A stretch of 64,000 nucleotides of DNA from Octopus sinensis (taxonomy: Eukaryota), in assembly GCF_006345805.1 (NCBI RefSeq), contig NC_043006.1, positions 32,612,001 to 32,676,000 on the forward strand, read 5' to 3'. Positions 54,260-64,000 of this stretch are shown piece after piece. The position numbers were made by a program, and so were the translations under genes. How positions within the stretch are numbered: the first letter of the stretch is position 1; the number at the start of each line of letters is the position of its first letter. The notes below the pieces were generated by a model. That model was not told where the DNA came from. It did no database searches and saw nothing but the letters and a program-made list of their open reading frames with translations.

Positions 54260-54305
54260 AACAGAACGTTTCGGCTGAAATACCCTCCAGCCTTCATCAG
54301 GTGTC
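54260..54305 (-). ncRNA. Minimal type I HHR
   Basis: GACAC-CTGATGA-A-GGCTG(GAGGGTATTT)CAGCC-GAAA-CG-TT-CTGTT; canonical core; C-C mismatch at 1.1/2.1. Confidence 0.75.
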
Positions 54306-54370
54306 TTGTGGAAATTTCGAACTTGGGTTCTCATTCCTAAGGTATATTTCAATGTTATTATTATTATTCA

Positions 54371-54444
54371 GGTCATTGCCTGGAATCGAATTCACAATAA
54401 TTGATTTAAGTAGCCCGCGCTCTTAACCACTATGCCATATGACC
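54371..54444 (-). pseudogene. tRNA-like Pol III promoter module
   Basis: GGTCAT/ATGACC acceptor stem, A-box TGGCATAGTGG, B-box-like TTCGATTCC; anticodon arm decayed. Confidence 0.6.
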
Positions 54445-54924
54445 GTGGGCAACTATAGAGTGAATTTTAGGGCTTATAAATCTAATATTTTCCTATCCTT
54501 CCTTAATACCGGTACCCATATGCTGCTCATGTCTACACTCGGTCTGCTTAGGAGATTCTTGTGTCATATCTTATGTGCTGCTTCTTTTAGTTTTCGTATT
54601 TTCCAGTGGTGTTCTCTGTCTATTATTTTAACTTCATCCCACAGGGGGAGATGGTCTCAATTTTTCCATACATGACCAGCTATACCCATTTTATCAATAT
54701 CTCCTAGTGTCACAGCTTTGCGATTTTCGTCTACCCTTATTATTTTAATTTTTTTTGTTGGGGCGACATGTTTCGCTTTTCTATAACCTACCACTGTTGC
54801 ATGGGATAGCGTACACGCAGTCTTTGGTTATATTCTCTTCTATTGGTGGTTTTACTCAAAGTAGATATTTGTGAAGTGTTGTATTGCTCTTGAATACTGT
54901 CCTGATGTCATATGGACCGCTTGA

Positions 54925-54997
<73 letters not shown>

Positions 54998-56563
54998 CAG
55001 TGCTAACCGAGAGGTTTGGCGATTGTCATCGAGAAACTGGTTCGTCAAGGCGCAAACATGCGCCGTGCCGGGCAGGAATACCCATGACAACCTCCATCTG
55101 ATTCGTTACATCATAAACAGGGTCGTTAAGTAACCTAGCATAGGTAGGACGCTGATCAATTTGGATCAATCGAAAGCTGCGTGGAGGCTGTCCTTAGAGC
55201 GGCTGGTTTCGGTCCCGTCTTCTGCAGTTGGATCGCTGCCTTATACAGCGGCATCCGCTCGGTAGTTAGCGTAAATGGTCATCTATCCGGACCATTTAGC
55301 GTCACGCTTTTGGTCCGTCAAGTATGTCTCCTCGCGTCGCTTCTGTATGTATTGACTCTAGAGCCACTACTGCGGAAGCTGGCGACGCTGAGGGGCATCC
55401 CACGAGAACTGGGATTTGGTAGGAGCGTGTCTGCATACGCGGACGACGTCATCGTGATAGCGTCGAGCCACAGGCATATCGACCTGGTCGGCGAGAGACT
55501 AAAAGAATACGAAGCGGTAACGGGAGCGATAATTAACCGGAAAAAGTCGGTGGGCTTGCATCTCGGCACCTGGAGAAGCAAGACCATGCCGTCCAACAGC
55601 GTCTCCATCATGGGACGCTGGACCGACGGACCGGTTAAATTGCTCGGGGTCTGGTTTGGTCCAGACCTACAAATGGATAAGAACTGGGACGAGATTAAGG
55701 GGTAGGGTGGCCACTCTCACCCAGCAATGGGCCAAGAGGAAGCTATCCCTAAAAGGTCGGGCGGAGGTGGCGAACGCGTGCATCGCATCCGTCATCGAGT
55801 ACCCTCTGACCGTCGTGCCTTGTCCCGACCCTACCATCACCAAACTGGAACGCATACTCTTCAGATTTTTGTGGAAGTGAAACGTTCGGATTGTTAGGCG
55901 ATCCATTTGATGTCACAACCCGCTAAATGGAGGGTTAGTCATGCCGTGGTTAATGATGCACAGATATGCGCTGAGAGTGCGACATATGCGGCGCCTCATA
56001 GACGAATGTGAACAGGTGTGGTAGCCGTTTGTGCGGCGCGCTTTCCCGCAGCTCGTCCCTTTGGCAGAACTGCAGTCGTGGATCAAACAGAGACCGAGGC
56101 TAGGTGAATGGCACCGCGAGTGCTGCCTTGCTTTCAAGCAACTCTGCCGTCCGGGACCAAACTTGTTCGACTTCAATTCCACGAAGGCGTTCTATAGAGG
56201 ATTAGTGGATGGGAGGTGCGACGACGTTCTCGAGCAGAATCTGGGTGTCGAGATGGTACACGTGAATGACGAAAGCACTTTGAGCATGATCCTGTAAAGC
56301 CCAAAAAGAGAGAGGGATCGCTTTACTTTCATGTATTTTTCCCTCCCTACCTGAGGTTACCGCGTTCTTTTTCGCAGGTTTTTCTCTCCACGGATAAACC
56401 TAGTCTGTTTTTTTACATTTTTACTCTGTTCTGTGATACACGATCCCTTTTGATCGGAATTTTTTGCTCCTTTTTTCTATTTCCCTCTTTTCTTTTGTCG
56501 AAAAGAAAAGCTCTACATTGTATTTTGTCCCTTCTGTGTTCAGCCCTCTGTGGCTAGTAAAGA
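54998..56563 (+). mobile_element. 5'-truncated Tx1/L1-like LINE (RT fragment plus 3' UTR) between (TCTA)n tracts
   Basis: AQTCAVPGRNTHDNLHLIRYI, LDQSKA, LVRQVCLLASLLYVLTLEPL, SAYADDV, VKLLGVWFG; (TCTA)n at 54925-54997 and 56564-56664. Confidence 0.85.
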
Positions 56564-56664
<101 letters not shown>

Positions 56665-57344
56665 CAGTGTTAACCTGAAGAGAGAAAAGTTAGTGAAGTA
56701 GACTAAATCATTTGTACATATTTCTTATCAAGACCGTAATCCGTAGGAATGTTGTACTTACAATTGAATTGTGCTATTTATGTAAGAAAGATAATTCCCC
56801 ACTGAATTTGGCGATGGAGTTTTATAAATTTTACGAAAATAGCTTGTTTAAACAGCATTTTCATTAAAAAGCTTATAACGTTTCTGATTTGGTGGAATAG
56901 AGACAGATATAAATTTAAAATGTTTCTAGCGATGTAGCAACGGACATATCAGTAAAGCGAGCCGGAAACCATAGAATGCTTCTTGACTTATTGTTATTTT
57001 TAAAGACAAAATCCATCTCGTGGATAGTGTGTTTATGTAAGTAAAGTAGCGTAACCTAGTGGTTAGGGTGTTGCAATAATGATAGTAAGATCGTTGCTTC
57101 GATTCCTGGACGGAGAGGTGCGTGGTGTGCGTGAGAAAAAAACAAACAAAACAAACACTTCATTTCGCGTTGCCCCAGTCACACTCACCTGTAAATAGGT
57201 AAACTGGTGATTGACTGGGATACCGTTTATGAGGCATGGTGTGATCTCGGTCACTTGGTACCCATGGACACTGGGGTAACTCAGCGCTATGAATCCTATG
57301 ATTTGAGACAGTAACTCCTACGGGTTGTCGCCGATATTGAAGGT

Positions 57345-57481
57345 AATGATAATGATGATGATGATGTTGATGATGACGACGACGATGATGATGATGATGA
57401 TCATAATGATGACAATCATAATGATGACAATCATAATGATGATGATGTGATGGTCATGATGATGACGATGACGATAATATC

Positions 57482-57513
<32 letters not shown>

Positions 57514-57610
57514 GGAAGAGGAGGAGAATGACAATGATGATGACGACGATGATGATGACGACGATGATGATGTTGATGTTCATGATGATAATGGTGATGT
57601 TGATGAAACT
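57345..57610. repeat. (GAT)n imperfect microsatellite
   Basis: direct inspection. Confidence 0.95.
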
Positions 57611-57960
57611 GCTGTCAGGTAGCGCTTCATTATGACATTGAGAGGTAGCACAATGAATAATATCTCCTTCCAATGCAACGAAGACACTCACTTACTACCG
57701 TTACCTTTATCTTTACTTGTTTTGGTCATTGGAGTGCAACCGTGCTGGGGCACAGCCCTGCATTTATTTTGGTCGAATAAATCGACTTCATTCTCTATTA
57801 AAGCCTGGTATTTATCGTCTTCTTGCCGAACCACCACGGGAACGTAAACACACCAGCAATGGCTGTCAAGCGGTGGGGGACAAACACAGATGCAAATACA
57901 GATAAAGACACCTCACCACAAACACAAACACACACACATAATCATATATATATGATTATG

Positions 57961-57997
<37 letters not shown>

Positions 57998-58118
57998 GTA
58001 TATATATATATATATTTATGTATGTATGTATATATATGTATGTATATGTATGTACATATATATGTATATGTATATGTATATCTATCTAACTATCTATCTA
58101 TCTATCTATCTATCTATT

Positions 58119-58167
<49 letters not shown>

Positions 58168-58222
58168 GAGTGAGTGGACAAACAAAAGAAATGCGCTCAA
58201 CCGATTTGTTGGGAATTACATG

Positions 58223-58387
58223 TATGGATCAAAACAGTCTGATTCAAATTCGTTAGTACTCTTGAGTTTCAAGAGTGATGCTAGTCGTCAACCAGTGAAT
58301 TCAAATTCAAATTCAAAATGGCTGACGGCTAGCATCATGCCTGAAACTCAAGAGTACTAACGAATTTGAACCAAACTCTTTTAATCC

Positions 58388-58390
<3 letters not shown>
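58223..58390. repeat. 168-bp imperfect palindrome whose arms each carry an HHR-like motif
   Basis: arms 58223-58294 and 58319-58390 are reverse complements; spacer of TTCAAA repeats; TA at both ends. Confidence 0.8.
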
Positions 58391-58422
<32 letters not shown>

Positions 58423-58466
58423 TGTATGTATGTATGTATGTATGTATGTATGTATGTATGTATGTA

Positions 58467-58501
<35 letters not shown>

Positions 58502-58529
58502 ATTATGTATGTATGTATATATGCATATG

Positions 58530-58573
<44 letters not shown>

Positions 58574-58589
58574 ACAGGCTTCTTTCTGT

Positions 58590-58710
58590 TTCCATCTATC
58601 CAGAAACAAGAATTTGGTCGGCTTGAGGCTATAGTGAAAGATACCAAAGCTTTCATGCAGTGTAACTGAACCCGGAAGCATGTGGAAGCCAAACCACTCC
58701 GCCACCTTTA
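58590..58710 (-). mobile_element. Family A SINE head fragment
   Basis: CTGAACCCGGAAGCATGTGG...ACCACTCCGCC reversed head. Confidence 0.65.
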
Positions 58711-59708
58711 CGCTTAAGATTGGTTACTAGATTTCTAAAAAAATCAATTTTAGGACGATTTCTTGCTCCTGTATTGACAATTTTTCATTAGGTCCGCCAT
58801 TAACTTAAAAATTAACATCAAATGAGTTTTAGCACCACGATTCTTACAACTAATTTTTTAAATAAATCTATATTCAATATATTTCATTATCGGTATAGCT
58901 TTACAAAATCAAAAGCTTTTGTGAAGAAGTTACAAGGAATTTCTACATAAATTAGTTTTAACAATTGCATATAGTTCAGAACAAGTGAAGTCACTAAACG
59001 ATTCATTGGTGGTCTGTTAAACCTAGAATGAGCAATCAAAGAATAGAAGGTTCCCTTTACGTGCATAATAAACCTGCTAATAGATTCCCTATTTAGGACG
59101 AAATTACTAACGAAGAATAGTACTAAAGGACTTCGCTTTAGTTATCGGCGAATAAATTTCAATTACAACAAATTATGTAAATTTGTTGTTCTGCCTTTTG
59201 TTGACGTTGATAAATGACTGTAATACAGAAACTCTAGCATTCCATAATAAAAGAGAAATGTCTTTTATCATTGTAAAGATGATAAATATTCTTGCTAGGA
59301 GGACCTAAATGTCTTTTATAAGGGTTAATTAAACTATATTTGGAGTTACTGAGGAAACAGTCTTTATGCTTTGCGTAAGTTGAGTTATTATGTTAGATTT
59401 TAGGCTAATAACATAACTCTGGTTCCGATGCATATAGAATTGCAGGTGATATTCTCAGTTTTGGTTGAAAAGTGTACGTGTGCTGTAAACATTAAACTGC
59501 GGAATGGACTGGTGTGTGTTCTTGTTTAGTGTTTGACGAAGCTTCGCACATATATATATATATATATATATCTATATATATATATAATATATATATATAT
59601 GTGTGTGTGTGTGTGTATATAGGAGGTTGAAAAGGAATACACTAGTTGATATATATGGAAAAAAGTCAAAGTAGAAAATGGTAAGATAATTTTATAAAAA
59701 AAACATTT

Positions 59709-59744
59709 CAGTACCGGTTTCAGTCATTCAGACTTTTTCAACTG
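59709..59744 (-). ncRNA. Minimal type I HHR with U3-A8 core
   Basis: CAG-TTGAAAA-AGTC(TGAAT)GACT-GAAA-CCGG-TA-CTG; palindromic stem III ACCGGT; GUA triplet. Confidence 0.7.
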
Positions 59745-59909
59745 TAAGAATGGAAAATAATTAAATTTTGGAAAAATTAAAAGAAAAGTTAAAAAAAAAA
59801 AATATGTGCATAGTGTTCAAATACGACGGGCATTTTTCTTCTTTCTGCCTCTTTCTATCTCTCTTGTTTACTTTTGTGGGTTTGAGGTCGTTGTGAATTC
59901 TTTGTAGGG

Positions 59910-59938
59910 AAGAAGATGAAGAAGATGAAGAGGAAGAA

Positions 59939-59985
<47 letters not shown>

Positions 59986-60088
59986 AGAAGAAGAAGAAGG
60001 AGAAGAAGAAGAGAAGAAGAAGAAGAAGGAGAAGTAGAAGAAGAAGAAGAAGAAGAAGAAGAAGAAGAAGAAGAAGAAGAAGAAGAAG
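59910..60088. repeat. (GAA)n imperfect microsatellite
   Basis: direct inspection. Confidence 0.95.
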
Positions 60089-60172
60089 ATGTGTGCGCTG
60101 GTATGTATGTATTTTTTATGTATAAATGTATATATGGATATATCCATGTGTGCTTGCATCAATGTGCGTATT

Positions 60173-60204
<32 letters not shown>

Positions 60205-60623
60205 AGCATACATGTATATGTCTGTGCGTGTATATGTATATGTATGTATGTGTGTTCATATATGTCCGTACGATGTAAGTATTCCGTGTGTGCATTCTTT
60301 CTGTCGATCTCTAACGAACTTAATTATTGAACAGACACCCCAGCAGGTATATAACACTGTTGGCCTATGGATGGCCATGACATTAAATATACATCTCGCG
60401 TCTTGTATTTACTTCCATCTTTTCTTGTTTTTCTCGCTCAGATACATCTTTCCAGCATCGTTATGTTCGCTTATGTATTTTTTTGTGTCCTGTGTTTAGT
60501 TGTTTGAGCTAAGGACCTGCAGGAACATCATTCGAATGACCTTCAACTAACTGAGAACCGATCTGCAGTTTTTTGTTTTTTGTTTTCTCTTAATACATGA
60601 GCGTTCGATGATTTATTCGTTTG

Positions 60624-60798
60624 CATATTTGAAATGTGGACAGTAACTTTGTAGGTCATATCGAGTATGTGTGAGTGTGTGTACGTGTGAGTGTGTGCAT
60701 GTGTGAGAATGTGTGTGTGTGCAATATTACACACACGCACATATACATATGATGTTCATATGTATATATATATATATATACATATACATATAATGTTC

Positions 60799-60834
<36 letters not shown>

Positions 60835-60925
60835 TTTTCATAGAATAATCTATGTGATATGCGTCCATATTAGATTCTTTTGTTTGTGAGGTCTCTTTCT
60901 TTCTTTTGTTATCTTACCGTTTTAT

Positions 60926-60974
<49 letters not shown>

Positions 60975-60980
60975 ATGTTC

Positions 60981-61072
<92 letters not shown>

Positions 61073-61212
61073 GAACATTATATGTATATGTGCGTGTGTG
61101 TAATATCGCACACACAATCACACATACATACATATATTATATTACCTACACATACATATATTACCTACAAAGTTACTGTCCACATTTATATATAAATCAT
61201 ATATCAAATATG
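60624..61212. repeat. About 590-bp foldback (inverted duplication with low-complexity arms)
   Basis: AAATGTGGACAGTAACTTTGTAGGT (60632-60656) is the exact reverse complement of 61163-61187; a second matching block at about 60713-60770 vs about 61062-61117. Confidence 0.8.
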
Positions 61213-61266
61213 TGTGTGTATATATATAACATATATTTGTAAACATGTTGCATATGTATGTATGTT

Positions 61267-61306
<40 letters not shown>

Positions 61307-61329
61307 TATATATATACAAACATACACAC

Positions 61330-61371
<42 letters not shown>

Positions 61372-62000
61372 AACTTTGTGTTTGTGTTTATACGTATGTG
61401 TGTATGCGTGAGTGTATGGGGAAGATGGGGGAAGAGAAAAAAGAGACGAGACAAAGAAGAGAGCAAATGTGGAAGGTAGGTGAGCGGGGAGAGGAGAGCG
61501 CGCAATATGACAAATGGGGTGTATGTGAGTGTATGTGTTGTGTGATTGTATGTGTCTCTATGTTCGCGTGCTTATATGTTAGTGGAATGTGCCGGCAGCA
61601 GCGCACTATGCCAGCTGTTAAAGTAAGTATAGGAAAACTGTAAGCAACGATGAAGAATCAGCGATAACAGTAGCAGCGGCGGCGGTGGTGGTGGTGGTGG
61701 TGGTGGTACCAGGAAGAGATGCGGCGACGGCGGTTGCACTGCCACGACGACGGCTACGGTGAGCTACTGTGTGAGACATTACCATCATACTAGTTTCTCT
61801 TCAGTTTTAGGGCCGACGGGTGGACAATATATCATGAGTAACAAAAGAATTTATAATAAAATAAAATGGTGTATGTTACGCAGAACTGATTATATAAAAA
61901 AATTAGACGAATTAAAAATGAAAGTACACATAAAAGTATTACAGGAAACACAGTCAGCAGAATACAATCAGGAAACCCCACACATTCTTGAATTATTCGT

Positions 62001-62208
62001 TTCTACTCTAGACACAAGGCTGGCAATTTTGGGGGAGGGCACCAGTCGATTAGATCGACCCCAGAACGCAACTGGTACTTAATCTATAAACCTGCAAGAA
62101 TGAAAGGCAAAGTCGACCGCAGCGGAATTCGAACCCAGAACGTAAAGACAGACGAAATATCACTAAGCATTTCGCCCGGCGTGCTAACGTTTCTGCCGAG
62201 TCGCCGCC
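62001..62208 (-). mobile_element. Family D SINE
   Basis: GGCGGCGACTCGGCAGAAACGTTAGCACGCCGGGCG head on the minus strand. Confidence 0.85.
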
Positions 62209-62210
62209 TT

Positions 62211-62550
62211 GAGACCTCTTCGGTCACGACACAGACAATGGGATTGCACCTAGAAAGTTACCCTCCAAGGCACAAGTCGGGCAAGGTTGTTTATGGAAGA
62301 CCAGCAGTCGTCCATGCATACCAGCCTCCCCTCTCCACACCACTGATGTTATCCAAAGGAAAGACAAAGGGGCCGATACAGCTTGGCACCTGTGACGTCG
62401 CAACTCATTTCTACAGCTGAGTGAACTGGAGCAACGTGAAATAAAGTGTCTTGCTCAAGAACACAACACGCAGCCCGGTCCGGGATTCGAGCTCACAAAC
62501 TTTCGATGGTAAGCTCGACGATCTAACCACTGAGCCATGCCATGGATAAG
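62211..62550 (-). mobile_element. Family C-type SINE with a distinct tail (Y)
   Basis: GCATGGCTCAGTGGTTAG head; GTGTTCTTGAGCAAGACACTTTATTTCACGTTGCTCCAGTTCACTCAGCTG block shared with 23038; the tail differs. Confidence 0.85.
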
Positions 62551-63019
62551 GCTCGCCGCCTTATCCATGCTAGATTATTAAAACTATGAAACACTAGTAG
62601 CCACAGTCACCAGTATTCTCTGGCCTATGTGCGTTTGCTGAGGATTGATGCCTTGACACGAACCGATTTCGACACTCTCACTCCATTTTCAGACGATTCA
62701 CTGGAAGAGCGGACCACTCTCTCTTCACTGAATTAGAAGTTTAGTTAATGAAAACGTAGCCAAAGAGGAATGTGTTAGTTCACAGTTCTTTGCTTTCACA
62801 CAGCCTTCTATAATACAGCTGCCCTACAGAGGATACCTGCTGGTATTTCTCGGTTAAAGAAGGCGATGAATTTAATCGATAGCTGATTTTGCATACTACA
62901 ATAGCGCTCCGACATTACTCAACAAGTTAGTAATCAACACTGCTAAGAGGAGTGCAAGTCAGTGGGGAAGGCCACCTTGTTCGATCGCTTGATATGCGAC
63001 TCACAAGTGACTGTTTCAC

Positions 63020-63625
63020 ATCGTAATGGCGGAAGCTAAGCGCATGCAAGGTGGACAGAAAAAGCGCCCAACGGACACACTTAAAGCCTCGCTGAAGAGC
63101 TTTGAGATTAACCTCGACATGAGGTAAATACAAGCATAAGACTGCCTTGCCTGGCGAAGCTACGCTAATTGAGGTGTCGCCTCCTACGAACGGATCAGGA
63201 TTGCAGTGGGAGTCAAAGAAAACACGAACTCCACAAGTCCAAAGTCAACTCCTTGCCTTCAGTCGCAGCAAACCATCAATGACCGACCTACGCTACCTCC
63301 TGAGTACCCAACGGACTGATTGGCTACAGCTGGACACACCATACCCCGTCTTCTTCCATGTGATGTCTTTAATCATCGTTGAGAACGACAGACAAAATAA
63401 TAAAAAAATAGTAATCGTCGGATTTGCTCCCGTTGTTACTTCCCTGGATCGCTCTTCTTCTCTCTCCTGTTACAGCCAATGCTGGCCATGGCTAGGAACT
63501 AGCAGTGGGACACAGTGTTTCCGGCTAATTAGAGGGACATTGTCAGAGTATGAGAGGAGCTCGTTGGTCTGAAGCGGCAGCAGGCGCATTGGCACATGGT
63601 GTGTGTCTATGCGAGATGGCGGACT
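63020..63625. promoter_or_regulatory. Possible promoter-like GC-richer segment
   Basis: CCAAT boxes at 63316-63325 (AGCCAATCAG, minus), 63474-63481 and 63587-63593; YY1-like GAGATGGCGG at 63613-63622 and ATGGCGG near 63025. Confidence 0.3.
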
Positions 63626-64000
63626 TGAAATGATGGTAACGGATAGGTTTGGACGAGATTTAAATGAGAATTAGGAGAGATGAAAGCTTTCTCTCTCGAA
63701 GTTATATTCACAGAACTATTGTTGTTGCAAAATAAAAAGAAACTCCTGCAAAGTTAATCGCTTTAAGGATCAGCTGCAATTCGGAAAGTGAGATAACTCG
63801 AGTTGGGGACTGTACCATGCATGAAGTTACCTTTCGCATTTCATTAGGTATTTTACGGGTTATGCTGCCGTATAAAGCCCTCGCAACGTAAAAATCCTCC
63901 TGATTAGAAAATAAAATGAACGAAAATTTCAATTAACTGAAGTTAATTAATACACAGCAATTCATTCCAAATTTCCTTTTAGTTGAAGAATGCAAGCAAA

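Overview
AT-rich, repeat-saturated eukaryotic DNA with no recognisable intact protein-coding gene. The SINE families, LINE types and microsatellite density resemble an octopus (coleoid cephalopod) genome; this is an inference. Content: many decayed R4/Dong-like RLE LINE 3' fragments, one RTE-type and one Tx1/L1-type RT fragment, a Penelope-like GIY-YIG fragment, a Merlin-like DNA transposon relic, a pogo/Tigger-like MITE, about 25 tRNA-derived SINE copies from four or more modular families, and abundant microsatellites. The standout is a set of type I hammerhead ribozyme (HHR) motifs: 13 motifs (some decayed) from about 8 unrelated sequence contexts. The best is a near-identical 494/495-bp tandem array at 14352-15755 with one canonical HHR per unit, whose stem II is expanded by a 56-nt branched insertion, plus an inverted 312-bp copy. 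This retrozyme / Penelope pseudo-LTR-like element is predicted to release a 495-nt structured RNA that could circularise. All structures were folded by eye and no cleavage activity is demonstrated.
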